A DNA stretch of 64,000 nucleotides from Octopus sinensis (lineage: Eukaryota), in NCBI RefSeq assembly GCF_006345805.1, contig NC_043003.1, forward strand, positions 100,874,001-100,938,000. The letters run 5' to 3'. The notes beneath the pieces were generated by a model. It saw only the letters and a program-made list of their open reading frames with translations. It made no database searches and had not been told where the DNA came from. The translations under genes and the position numbers were made by a program. Positions 25,003 to 39,805 of the stretch are shown piece after piece. Numbering within the stretch: position 1 is the first letter of the stretch; every line of letters begins with the position of its first letter.

Positions 25003-26374
25003 ATACAACACACACAAATGAAAGAGAAAGTAAAGAAAGAAAACTATAGACGAGTTAGATCAATACTAAAAACAGAGCTCAATGCTAAAAACAAGATAAT
25101 AGGTATTAACACTTTAGCCGTTTCAATTATAAGTTACAGCTACAATATCCTTAACTGGACACGAAATGAACTGACCAAAATAGATAGGAAAACAAGAAAA
25201 ATAATGACAGGATCTAGGATGCACCACCCAAAATCTGACATAGAAAGGCTATATTATACAATGTATAGAAGGTTGTAGAGGCCTTATGCAACTGGAAAAC
25301 TATTATAAAATAACCACCATAGGAGTGCAAAAATACCTACTACAGAAGCAAGGAAAACTAATACAAATAGCCACAAAACACAAGCAAAGCAAAAAACTGT
25401 TCTTAGTATTTAAGAAAGCGGACAAATACAAACAAGAAATCATACTACCTAACAAATATGAAGAAGAAGAAACAACAAAAGCTATAAAACAAATAAAATC
25501 CAAACTAAAACTAGAACAGCAATGGACCATGATAAAATGATGGCAAGAAAAGCCCCTTCATGGCAAATACTGGGCTAAACTAAATGCAAAAGAAATAGAC
25601 AGAGAAAAATCCCAGCAGTGGTTGAGAAGCTCAGGACTCAAAGCAGACACTGAAGGATTTTTAATTGCAGCACAAGACCAAAGCCTCCCCACCAGAAATT
25701 ACCAAAAACATATAATGAAAAGAAACATAACAAGTAACTGCAGAATATGTGGAGATGGACAAGAAAAAAATTAATCATATTATCTCTGGCTGCCCAGTCC
25801 TGGCTAAGAAGGAATATATTCACAGACACGACAGAGTTGGGACCTACATAAACTGGAAGCTATGCCAACACTGGAATAACAACAGAAAAAAGATGGTATA
25901 AGCACACACCAGAAAAGGTCACAGAAAATGAGAAAGCAACCATACTCTGGGATATGCCAATGCACACAGATAGAGAAATTAAAGCCAATAGGCCAGATAT
26001 AGTTGTCAGAGATCATGAAGAAGAAAAATGATTTCTAATTGATGTATCAATACCAGCAGATGACAACGTTTCTTTAAAAGAAATGGAGAAACTTTCAAAA
26101 CACAAAGACCTGGAAATAGAGGTAACTCGAATGTGGAATCTAAAAACAGAAGCAATTCCTATCATAGTAGTGCATTAGGTATGATAAAAAATATTCAGAC
26201 AAATACATAACAAAAACACCAAGACTTACAAATATATATAACATACAGAAAATTGCACACATCCTATGCAAAACACTTTCAATACAGTCACCATAAGAGC
26301 ATCACAGCACATACCCAAGGCACACAGAGCTGCGCTTGGTAGTGAAGTGAAAGCACGCTATTAAAATAAATCTA

Positions 26375-26377
<3 letters not shown>
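25003..26377 (+). mobile_element. R4/Dong-type retrotransposon, 5'-truncated (post-RT, CCHC finger, RLE), degenerate
   Basis: MHHPKSDIERLY, GFLIAAQDQ, CRICG..NHIISGCP and RPDIVV..LIDVSIP motifs, flanked by (GAT)n/(TAA)n. Confidence 0.9.
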
Positions 26378-26438
<61 letters not shown>

Positions 26439-26461
26439 GTAATAATAATAATAATAATAAT

Positions 26462-26525
<64 letters not shown>

Positions 26526-29127
26526 GAACACCGGGGACGTTTAAGATGTATGAACGATAAAACAGGGCTCCGAAATCTATCCATAAACATCGAAAACAAA
26601 GACATCGTATGGAGCCAAAAATTTACTAACAAAGGACTGGACTATATCCGAGTAAGTAACACTCATTGAAATTTATTACTATTTTCGAAACGAAATGATG
26701 TATTTTAACTCGATAACATGCGTGAAACATAATCCATCAATACCAGATCATCCCCGACCCCAAACACCATGTACAAAAAAACTACGAAGAAATTATATAA
26801 CACCGATATTATTCAACCCAAGAATAACAATCGGGAAGTACATACTTTAAACTTACAACACAAAATGTATGAAAAACTACACGTGCAAAACAATGTGGCA
26901 ACAGAAATGAATGGACCGGTACCCTACGAAAATGACGACCGTCAAAATAATGGGCCGGACGTTGTGCCTCATGTCCCGCAAATAAAACCCAAAAGACATA
27001 AATGGACACATGAGGAATACATTTCTATCCTACACGCTTACTTCACAGCAGTGCTCTACCCAAAAAATGAAAACACAACACATACATATAAAATATGGAA
27101 GGAAAATAACATAAATATAGACTTGGATACAGCAATGAACCCTAATAAACTAGCAAACGTATGAAGATACATTCTCAACGCAAAAAAATATCAGAAATAG
27201 AAATAGAACATCTAAAAGAAAAAATACATCAGGAAAATGTAGATAGAAGCCACACAACAATGCCCAATAATATAAACACTGAAACAGTAAAACACGAAGA
27301 CAAACGTAACATTCTCAACAAAGACGATGTAAACAAAAAACAACAAACCCAGACCATAAGGATGCATAATAATACACGACAAACAGCAAGCCAAAACATG
27401 ACAAACATACATACGAACGTGAAAAAAAGTGACACAAATGTAAAACCTGGAAACAACGAAGGGGAGCCTAATGATTATGATAATATAAAAAGTAGAATAA
27501 TCAAAGAACTGAAAAACACAGATCTCAAGATGGACCACCGACCATACCTCCCAAAAATCAAAATAGACGAAACAACAACATCAATTATAAACAGCATAAA
27601 CCTAACCGTCACGGAACTAATAGCCACTGAAACAAAAAGCGATATCACTGAGCTAAATGACTTAGTATACGCAGCAGCCACTGCAGCCACAAAAGAAGCT
27701 GGATACTCACTCAAACCCATCCAAACAGAAGTACCACCACCCAAACAAACCCTGTGGATAAATAACATCCAAAACAAAATACAAAAAATGAGAAAAGATC
27801 TGTCGATTCTTAATGAAATCAGTAGACAATCAACGCTACTGAGCAACAAAAAGAAAACAAAAATACTCCGCAAATACAACATCACAGAAAAAGATTTACC
27901 TGAGATAAAAGAAAAACTAAAGCAAGATATCCTTGCCAAAGCACAAAGGATCCGCCGGTACGAGAAACGCCAGCGCTTCTTTGAACAAAACAAAAAGTTC
28001 AACTCCAACCCCAAAAAGTTCTACCAAGAACTTGGCAAAAATAAAATAGAAATCACTGCAGCACCAATGGCAGAAGAAGTGGAAGAATTCTGGAGAGAAA
28101 TATGGTCGGCGAACGAACAACCAAAAAAAAGGATTATTAAAACAACAAACTCAGCATCTGAGCAACTTTGGACCCCCATAACAACTGAAGAGGTCACCCA
28201 GGCACTGCAAAGACTAAGCAACTGGAAGGCACCTGGGCATGACAAGATCCCCAACTTCTGGTTGAAATATCTAACAGGAATGCACAAAAAGCTGGCTGAA
28301 AACTTTAATAACATACTAGCAGAGCCAGAGACAATGCCAGAATGGCTCACGAAGGGGAAAACCATCTTAATTTCCAAATCAAATGAGACAGCAAAACCAG
28401 AAAACTACAGACCAATAACCTGTCTCCCTACAATGTACAAGGCATTTACTGCAGTGATATCGCAAAGGTTGAACAAGCACCTGGACGAAAACAACCTGTT
28501 TCCAGAAGAGCAGAAAGGATGCCGCAAAGGCTCATATGGCTGTAAAGATCAACTAATGATTAATAAAGCCATAACTGAAGACAGCTACAGAAAGAAGAAA
28601 GGCCTCAGTATGGCCTGGATCGACTACAAAAAGGCGTTTGATAGCATCCCCCACACATGGATCCTCGAAACACTAGCCATTAACAAAGTAGCACCAACAA
28701 TTATAAAATTCATAGGACACTCTATGAATAAATGGCAAACAGTGCTACAGCTCCAAACAAAAGAGGGATCAATACCGGCAGATGACAACGTGTCTCTAAA
28801 AGAAATGGAGAAACTTTCAAAATACAAAGACCTGGAAATAGAGGTAACCAGAATGTGGAATCTAAAAACAGAAACAATCCCTATATATAGTAGGTGCATT
28901 AGGCATGATAAAAAAATATTCAGACAAATACTTAACAAAAACACCAGGACTTACAAACACATATAACATACAGAAAATTGCACTACTAGGCACTGCACAC
29001 ATCCTACGCAGAACACTTTCCATACAATAACCATCAGAGCATCACAACAAATCACAGCACATACCCAAGGCACACAGAGCTGCGCTCGGTAGTGAAGTGA
29101 AAGCACGCTATAAAAATAAAACTACTG
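26526..29127 (+). mobile_element. R4/Dong-type retrotransposon with both ends in (TAA)n and an internal deletion fusing RT to the RLE tail
   Basis: KWTHEEY Myb-like N-terminus; WKAPGHDKI, YRPITCL, EEQKGC and WIDYKKAFDSIPH (RT N-half) join directly to IPADDNVSLKEMEKLSKYKDL near 28770. (TAA)n lies at 26378-26525 and after 29127. Confidence 0.92.
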
Positions 29128-29147
29128 AATAATAATAATAATAATAA

Positions 29148-29650
29148 TCAACCACCAGACATAATTATTAAAGACAGGGAAGAAAATACTTGTAGACTAA
29201 TAGCTGTAAGTGTTCCCACTGATAAAAATATATCTATCAAAGAATTTGACAATGTATGTAAATATAAGGACTCAGAAATTGAAATACAAAAGATGTGACA
29301 TCTCAAAGCAAGAACTGTTCCTGTTATTGTAGGTGTCCTAGGTATGATAAAAAAGGAATGTCAGAAATATCTAGATACGGTCCCAGGAGAACCATGTCTC
29401 AGAGAAATTCAAAAGATTGTGCCAACATCCTTTGAAAAAACCTATCCATACTGCCTACATCCTTAGAAAAACCCTATCCATTTAAATGTCTGTGTTGTAT
29501 TACATGAAGATATTTCGCTACTGCCCCTGCCACTTCCCCTCTCCAAGCTTTCAGTTATACTATAACATCTCTTATCCTTCACTTGCTCCAGGATACTGGG
29601 TGTGTCTCAGCAAGTGATTGTAACAAACACGCAGATTAAAAGCAAAAAAT
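29148..29650 (+). mobile_element. 3' fragment of a second Dong-like family, (TAA)n tail
   Basis: Closely similar to 34150-34610 (ccagacataattattaaagacagg...). Confidence 0.85.
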
Positions 29651-29653
29651 AAC

Positions 29654-29699
<46 letters not shown>

Positions 29700-30074
29700 G
29701 GTGCCAGACAAGGTATACAAGACACTATCAATTCAATAATACAGCCTAAACAAAACAATCCATAAATGCAAATATCCAATGAAATAACCTACCATGAGCA
29801 GGCTAGATACCCAATGCATTACACACACAACACACAATATAAACACTAATACAAGAAAAAACTGCACCACACTCCATAAAAAGAAAAGAAACTGATGCAA
29901 TACAATACCAACAACAAAAAACAACACAATACTGCACACACTCTAGCAACATGGAGGTATAGCAAGTGATACAGTAGAAATTTGCCTGAAACTACCAAAT
30001 GTTAAATAATAATAATAATGATAATAACAATATTAATAATAATAATGAAAATGATAATAATAATAATAATAAAT

Positions 30075-30308
30075 AAAAATAATAAATTCGCCCTTTTAAA
30101 GCCTAGCCAGGCACATGGGCCTGGTTTCCTGGTTTCTATGGTGTATGTGTTCCCCAGCGTTTCTCATTTTTGCCAGCTGAGTGGACTGGAGCAATGTTAA
30201 ATGAAGTGTTTTGCTCAAGAACACAACGCGTCGCCCAGCCCAGGAATCGAAACCACAATCTTACGATCATGATGCTGACACCCTAACCACTAAGCCACAC
30301 ACCTCCAC
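30075..30308 (-). mobile_element. tRNA-derived SINE, third family
   Basis: Reverse complement reads gtgtggcttagtggttagggtg (A box)..ggtttcgattcc (B box)..ttgtgttcttgagcaaaacactt. Confidence 0.75.
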
Positions 30309-30699
30309 TACAATAATAATAATAATATAAATAATAATATGGACATACACTAAGAAGCTCTCTCCACAAAACAAACTCAATCCAATAACATTGGTGCAAT
30401 GGAAGGAAAACTTTGCAATACAACTGTAGGAAAAGTTCTGTTAAAGCAGAGGAACTAAAAAACCAGAAAGATTTTTGTCATGTAAAGGGTAGTTTCTTTC
30501 TTAAATGCATGATATCTCAATGCAAGATACACAAGAAGTCAAATCTAGCACCAGGAAATCTAGAAAAACACCACTTACACAGTAAGTATGTAATTTGAAT
30601 AGCTACCTATACATGCAACTGTCCAAGCAACAGGAATAATGCCTACATAACACACACAGAAAATAAAAGAAAAATCATGTGTTACGAGTGATGCCATAC

Positions 30700-33600
30700 T
30701 GAGCACAAACAAAAATAAGGTGACTGCCCACAAACAAATAAAAAAAAAGAAGCAAATTAGTCACTCAGTTTAAAACATAACCAAACAGTTATGCCGGGAA
30801 ACATAGCTATAAAAAAAAACAGGCGATTTTCAACCTATCAGCCTATGGTATAGTATATATATCCATTCGAAGAACAAGGAAACAGTGTCAGGTCAAAATT
30901 CACTCCGGATCGGTCATCACCTGGGACAACAAAGACAGCGTTACTCAGTGGGGAACCAGACTGGAGTCAAAAAGTCTGCTGCTGGAATAAACTCTCTAAA
31001 AAACGATCTACTAAATAACCAGATCCAGGATAACCCTAACCCTAGGCCTGTAGTGACACCACCAAAAACATAATCTAAAGCAAAATGAATAAAATGGACT
31101 AGAGAGGATTATAGAGATGTGCTGAAAGCTTTCTATGCAGCTCATCTAAACCCAGACAATGACCTCATAGTACAAACTTACATTTCATGTAGAAACTTAG
31201 TAGGCAATGAATTATGCAGATCTATAGACGTAAATAAACTAAGTAATGTATGTAGAGACATCATTAAGAATAAAAGGTTAACTGACGCTGAAATTAGCCA
31301 AATTAGAACACAAATATCTCATGGTAGACAGAATGAAAACAGCAACAATACAGATGAAATAGGTGACAGATGCACAGAAACCAGTGTATGAGCAGTACAT
31401 CCCAAAGAGGAAGCTGAAAAAAGAATAGCGAAGAACAGATATGCAGAAAAAGAGAAAGTAGACCTACCTCAAGAACACCAGAATAGGTGTGACACAGAAT
31501 TTGAGGTGAATAATAAAGAGAAGCAAAAGGTCATATTATCACAGAACTCAGCAGGACTGAGTTTACTGACATCATCAATAGAGAACCACTGGTAAAGTTC
31601 TCAAACAGCATAAAAAACATAATCATGATATATAATGATGCTCTTAGACAGATCTTAAGTAATAATGAAAAGGACCTAACAACCTCATCTATTCCACTGC
31701 TAAAGTTGTAACTGCTCAACTAGGTATCAGGACGACACAGAAAAAGACCAACCATGTAAATATACTTCCTAAGTGGAAAGTAGCAATACAAAAAGAGATC
31801 GAATCTCTACGGGCAGATGTATCAGTTCTCAATGAACTTGCGAGTAAATGTTAAGACAAAACGAGCTAGAAAAATGAAGCAAAAATATAAAATCAAAGAT
31901 TTTATAAACTTCCCTGCAACCAAGGAACAATTGAAACAATGAATACAACTGAAAGCCCAACAGCTTAGAAGAAAATTTTATTGACAAAACAAGATATTCA
32001 AGACAGATGCAAAGGAATTTTACAGGGAAATTGGCAAAAATAAGACAGAAGTAAAGAAGCCACCTAAAACTGAGGAAATGGAAGAGTTCTGGAAGAAGAT
32101 ATGGAGCAAGAAAAAAGAATATAATGCTAAAGCTGAGTGGATAGAGCATGTGAAAGTGAGACTGGATGAAGTAGCAGAGCAGAAATGGAAGGCAATAGGA
32201 GTAGAAGAGCTAAGACATGTTCTTAGGAAGTCTCACAAATGGAAAACTCCAGGACTGGACTGAATTCCAAACTTCTGGCTAAATTGTAGGACAAAATTTA
32301 GTTGCATTTCTGACTGATGTCATCCAGAACCCAGAGCAAATACCAGCCTGGCTGACTGAAGGAACAACATACCTTCTACCAAAAACTGAAGACACAAAAA
32401 AATCTAAAGATCAATAACATGTCTCAGCACCACCTTTAAGATTCTCACATCCATATTAACTGACATACTATACGCTTTCCTTGAACAGAGATCTATCCTT
32501 CCACAAGCTCAAAAAGACTGTAAAAGGAATTCTTATTGGTGCAAAGATCAATTACTCATTAGTAAAATAATTGTAGAGAATTGCCAGAGCAAAAAGAAAA
32601 ACCTGAGTATGATATGGATAGAGTACAGGAAAGCATTTGATAGTGTCCCACATAATTGGATACTCAAGGCCCTTGAGATATATGAGATCTCTCCTGTTAT
32701 CTCCAAATTCTTACAAGGTAGCATGGCCAAGTGGAACACACGTCTCCTTCTAAACCATAGTAATGAGATGAGCCAAACTAACAACATCAACATCAAACGA
32801 GACATCTTTCAAGGTGACTCCCTTTCTCTATTACTCTTGTGGATGGCATTGATCCCACTCTCAAATGAACTAAATAACACCAGGTACGGGTTCAAAGTTT
32901 ACAATTCAATAAACCATCTGTTTTATATGGTTAATCTGAAGCTGTTTGCTAGAAATAACAAAGAGCTAGTAGGGCTGTTAACAACTGTTAAAGACATTGG
33001 GATGGACTTTGGCCTTGATGAGTGTGCTAAAGCAACTTTTGTGAGAGGCAAGCTCAGGCAAATAGCTTCCATTAAATTAGATGCCAGCACTACCATCAAG
33101 GAGCTTGACCACAAGAAAATTACAAATACCTGGGGATAAATGAAGGAGATGGTATACAACATGATACTATGAAGGAAAAAAATAAGAAAAGAATATTACA
33201 GGAGAATAAGACTCATATTAAAAACTGAACTCAGCTCTAAAAATTGCATTGAAGCCATTAACATCCTGGCACTTCTAGTAGTCCAATATAGTTTTAACAT
33301 CATAAACTGGAATCTTACAGAGTTCCAATGCCTGGACAGGAAGGCAAGTAAAAGACTAACTTCTAAAAACATGCACCACCCAAAAACAGATGTTGATTGT
33401 CTGTACCTACCTAGAAGTAATGGGGGAAGAGGAATGATGCAGGTAGAACTGTGCTGTAAGACATCCACAATAGCAATGGACAGGTGCTTATCTAGTAAAG
33501 AGGATTGAATGCTGTGACCTGAGTGCAAACATGAAAGCAGCAAAAAGTCACATTCAATTGTCAAAGAAGCTTGCAAATTCACAAGAGAACTTGGCATTAA

Positions 33601-34610
33601 CCCTAAAATAGTTGAAGAAACTGAAACCACTGCCACAAAGCAAGCAAAATGGATCAAGCAGACCGCAAAAAAGAATGGCCAGAAACAAATTCAGGAGCAA
33701 TGGAGCCAGAAGCCTCTACATGGACAGTATATATTTCAAAGTTGAAATGCTGATGTAGATCAAGCAACAACCCATCAGTGGCTGAGAAGTTCAGGACTGA
33801 AAGCAGAGACTGAAGGCTTCATATTGGCAGCACAAGACCAAAGCTTGTTCACAAAAAACTACCAGGCTAATGTTCTTCAAAACGGTTCTGACCCTAAATG
33901 CAGATTCTGTGAAACATTTGATGAAACAATAGACCATCTCCTCTCGGAATGCCCTGTGCTGACACCAAACGAATATAAAAATCCCTATGATAGGGTAGCA
34001 TAATATTTACATTGGAAAGTATGTAAACACTACAAAATCAGCACTCCTGCTTACTGGTACAAATATCACCCTGAGCGAGTCGTTGAAGGTAAAGCTGTTA
34101 CTGTCCTCTTGGATTTTCCAGTCAACACTGACAGAACAATCCAGGCAAATCGACCAGACATAATTATTAAAGACAGGAAAGAAAATATTGTAGACTAATA
34201 GCTGTAAGTGTTCCCACTGATAAAAATATATCTGTCAAAGAATTTGACAAATTATGTAAATATAAAGACCTGGAAATTGAAATGCAAAATATGTGGTATC
34301 TTAAAACGAGAACTGTTCCTGTTATTGTAGGTGCTCTAGGTATGATAAAAAAGGGATGTCAGAAACATCTAGATAAGATCCCAGGAGAACCATGTCTCAG
34401 AGAAATTCAAAAGATTGTGCTGACAAGTACTGCTCACATCCTTAGAAAACCCCTATCCATTTAAATGTCTGTGTTGTATTACATGAAGATATTTCACTAC
34501 CTCCCCTCCCCAAGCTTTCAGACATATTGTAACATCTCTTATCCTTCACTTGCCCCAGGATGCTGCATGTGTCTCACCAACTAATTGTAAAAAAGATGCA
34601 GATTAAACGT
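30700..34610 (+). mobile_element. Near full-length degenerate Dong-like (R4 clade) retrotransposon, second family
   Basis: KWTREDY-type N-terminus; WKTPGLD, WIEYRKAFDSVPH, IFQGDSLS and MDFGLDECA (RT); GFILAAQDQ, CRFC..HLLSEC and RPDIIIK (RLE); (TAA)n tail. Many stops and frameshifts. Confidence 0.88.
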
Positions 34611-34629
34611 AATAATAATAATAATAAGT

Positions 34630-35650
34630 TAACCTGAAAAGAAGCAAGGTACAGTCCCTGGCTGGGAAAGAATTACCTAATAGAGAAGAGATTAAACAAA
34701 TTGAAAAGGAGAGTTATAAATACCTTGGCATACTAGAGTTCACTGAAATCATGGAGAAGGAAATGAAAGAATAGCTGAGGAAAGAATACTTCTGAAGATT
34801 AAGATTGGTGTTGCACTCAAAATTGACCGGATGAAATAAAAGTCAAGCAGTAAATACATGAGCGATAGCATCACTTCGGTATGGAGCTGAGATCATAAAC
34901 TGGCAAAAAAAAAAACTGATGAGCATGGATGCAAAAACAAAGAAAATATTGACAGTGCACGGAGCATTTCATCCTAAGAGTGACACTGATAGGTTGTAAT
35001 TGTTCAGAAGTGGCAGGAGAGGTTTGATCAGTTGCCAGGATTGTGTTGAAGTAGAGGAAAGCGGTTTAGGGTAGTATGTAAAGAATGCCATGGAACCATT
35101 GCTGAAGCACATGCAGAAGTCTGATATCATCAAAAATGATAATTGAGTAAAGAAAGAAAAACTCAAAGAGGAGAACTCAAAAGATAGAAATAGCATGGAA
35201 GGGGTAAAAAGTATGGTCAGTTTGAAAGAGATATGAACGCTAAGACAGATACCAAAGACTGGTAGTTATGGATGCTGAGAAGTGACCTGAAGATAAAGTC
35301 AGCTGCACTGATATGCATAGCACAAAAACAAGCAAGCAACAAACACAGAATGTTTGGTGAGAGATGTGAAATGGTATGGCACATTGTTAGCAAATGCCTG
35401 AAACTGGCACAATGCAATTACAAAAGATGATATGACAATGTGGCAAGAATGATCCATTGGGAGTTCTGTGGAAATCATGGCCTACAAAGAGCAAAGATAT
35501 AGTATGACCAAATCCCAGGAGTTACTGAGAATGAAGACGACAAAATCCAGTGGGATGCAATCACTCAGTGTGACCATCAGATCAGACATCAGAAACCTGA
35601 CATTGTAGTGGTGAACAAAAAAGAAAAAGACTTGCATGATAATCGATATA
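34630..35650 (+). mobile_element. Older degenerate R4-clade fragment (RT C-terminus to RLE)
   Basis: YKYLGIL, HPKSD.DRL and KPDIVVV-type remnants. A further RLE-end fragment lies at about 36950-37240. Confidence 0.6.
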
Positions 35651-35840
35651 AAATAAGTACCAGCTGAGTACTGGGGTTGATGTAATCAACTAGCCCCTCC
35701 CCAAAATTTCAGGCCATGTGTCTTTAGTTATCATATCATCATATACCCAGGCCTATCCTCATTTTTTTAAGGAGGGGTAGCAACAGCAAGACAAACACCA
35801 GGCATTCCATTCATTTCTCAGCTCAAAGGGGAAAGCCCCG

Positions 35841-36863
35841 TTCTATGCTTGGGTCAAGGCATAGAACGCAACCCCCAATATCAACAGTGGAGCCTGACAG
35901 CATATCCTGGTTTATCCCCACCACATCCTGTTGGTTCTGTACCCATTTGAGCAACATCGAAATTCACTCATCCATTCACAAACACTCTCCAAGGTTTCCT
36001 ATCATATATGAACTCTCTTGCCTCTCTCACTCCAACACCTCTAACTACCATTAGTTAAATTGCATATATCTGCCACATAAATAAGCCTGAAAATTTCACA
36101 GAATTGCATGTGTGAAGTGATAGGTGATATAAAAAAAATTAGTTCAATTTTAAAAAAATACTTTCACTATCCATGCACCACCACCTGCTCCACCTCCATC
36201 ACCACCACCACCAGGTGTTTTGAGTGAGAGAGGCAAGAGAGTTTATAAATGATAGGAAAGCTTGGTGAATGTTTGTGGATGGACGAGTGAATTTTGATGT
36301 TGCTCAAGGGGGTACCGAACTAGCATGATGTGGCGGGGGTAAACCAGCATGTGCTGTCAAGTCCCACTGCTGATATTGGGGGTTGCATTCTATGCCTTGA
36401 CCTAAGCATAGAAAGAATTATTTATATTATTATCTTATAATAATTCTGCTTGTCATTGCATTACTTAGCCTCTCAGTAATGCTTTCACATGATTAGTTGA
36501 AGGGAAAGAGAGGAGAAAGAAAAAGGAGAGAGAAAAAGAGGATAAAGTGAAGAGGAAGACAGAAAGAGGGAGAAAGAAAAAGAGAGAGAGAAAAAGATAA
36601 AGAGAGAAGCATCCATGACTTGAGGTAGGGGGAATGTAATAATTTTAGCAGAGGGGTGATATTCTGATGGTGAAGTTAAAGAAAGGTAGAGAGAGGGGGA
36701 GAGAGGGGAGGGAGAAAGAGGAAGAGAGAGAGAAATGGTGGAGGTGGTGGCAGTGAAGGTGATGGTGGTGTGTGGATAGTGAAAAGTGTATTTTTTTAAA
36801 TTGAACTAAGTTTTTTTATATCACCTATCACTTCATAAGTGCAATTCTGTGAAATTTTCAGGC
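35841..36863. repeat. Interleaved inverted repeats A(35841-36040) B(36085-36212) A'(36213-36413) B'(36737-36863)
   Basis: Reverse-complement matches were read directly. A B-like sequence also occurs at about 22620-22710. Confidence 0.8.
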
Positions 36864-37253
36864 CATGGTTTACCATTAACCCCATGAAATATTCACGGGT
36901 CCTACTAGTTATTATTATTTGACTAAAATTCTCAGCTTATTTTGCTAGGTATGATGGAAAGAATCAGTTGTCCACAGCCAACAGACTAAGGTGATAACAG
37001 GATCAAAGAGAAGGAAGAAAAATTGAACACATCTATGATGATTTGAAGTGGGAAATATGCAGGTTGTGGATAATGAAGAGAGTGGACATGATATCAGAAG
37101 TAATTCGCATGCTTGGAAGTATCAGCATTCAAATACCAACATGGCTCAAAAAGATTGGTGTAAATGTAAAGATAGAATGCCTACAAAAGTCAATACTTGG
37201 AACTGCAAAAGTTCTCCGCAGGGTTCTTGAAGCATGATCAGTAAACAAGTTTT

Positions 37254-37670
37254 AAGGCGGCGAGCTGGCAGAAACGTTAGCACACCAAGTGAAATGCTTA
37301 ACGGTATTTCGTCTGCCACTACGTTCTGAGTTCAAATTCTGCCGAGGTCGACTTGGCCTTTCATCCTTTCGGGGTCGATTAAATAAGTACCAGTTACGCA
37401 CTGGGGTCGATATAATAGACTTAATCCATTTGTCTGTCCTTGTTTGTCCCCTCTGTGTTTGGCCCCTTGTGGGTAGTAAAGAAATAGGTATTTCATCTGC
37501 TGTTACATTCTGAGTTCAAATTCTGCCAAGGTCGACTTTGCCTTTCATCCTTTTGGGATCAATAAATTAAGTACCAGTTACGCACTGGTGTCGATATAAT
37601 CGACTAATCCCTTTGTCTGTCCTTGTTTGCCCCCTCTATGTTTAGCCCCTTGTGGGCAATAAAGAAATAA
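37254..37670 (+). mobile_element. tRNA-derived SINE (OK-like) plus a tandem partial second copy
   Basis: aaggcggcgagctggcagaaacgttagca..gagttcaaattctgccgaggtcgac... Other copies are at about 38215-38430 (-), 39815-40012 (-), and degenerate at 56150-57100. Confidence 0.88.
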
Positions 37671-37784
37671 ATTATCAGTAAACAAGTGACACATTAGTCT
37701 GCTAGCTGTGAACAGCTGACACTTTTCATCATACCCAGCAAAATAATCTGAGAGTTTTAATCAAATAACAATAATAAGCTTCAG

Positions 37785-38212
37785 ATGTGGTGTGCAAGAG
37801 AGACGACTGTGAAAGTATGGTCATGTGTTGTGAATGGAGGACAGCTGTGTGAAAAAGTGTCACAGCCTAGCAGGTGAGGGAACCTGGGATGAGGTGGTGA
37901 AGCACGACCTTTGAACACTGGGCCTCACCAAGACAGTGACTAGTGACCTAGACCTTTGGAGATATGCCAAGTGAGACCATAACCCATGGCCTATGCCAGT
38001 GGTGTATAACCAGCTCACTTATGAGTACCCTTCATTCATTGGATAATAAACTTTGCTTGCGAATCCCTGTTGAGGCAAGTGAAATCAAAATCGCTGATGT
38101 GGCCAGATCAGATTAGAGCGTGGTGCAGCCTTCTGGATCGCCAGACCTCAGTCAAATCGTCCAACCCATGCTAGCATGGAAAGAGGACGTTAAACGACGA
38201 TGATGATGATGA
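37785..38212 (+). mobile_element. RTE 3'-end fragment with (GAT)n tail
   Basis: cagatgtggtgtgcaagag..acctgggatgaggtggtgaagcacgacc..ggacgttaaacgacgatgatg. Confidence 0.85.
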
Positions 38213-38428
38213 ATCCTTTTCTACTGAAGGTACGAGACCTGAATTTTGGTGGGAGGGGACTAGTCAATTATATTGACCTCAGTGTTTGACTGGTATTTGA
38301 TTTATTGATCCTGAAAGGACGAAAGGCTAAAGTCTACTTTGGCAGAATTTGAACTCAGGACGTAGTGACAGATGATATACCATTAAGCACATTGCCTGGT
38401 GTGCTGACAATTCTACCAGCTCATTGCC

Positions 38429-39748
<1,320 letters not shown>

Positions 39749-39773
39749 AGTAATAATAATAATAATAATAATA

Positions 39774-39805
<32 letters not shown>

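Noticed and set aside
37254-37345. tRNA-like A/B-box sequences here and at about 21500, 23290, 30290 and 50490
   Set aside because: They are SINE heads followed by SINE bodies and tails. No complete cloverleaf is present, so they are not tRNA genes.
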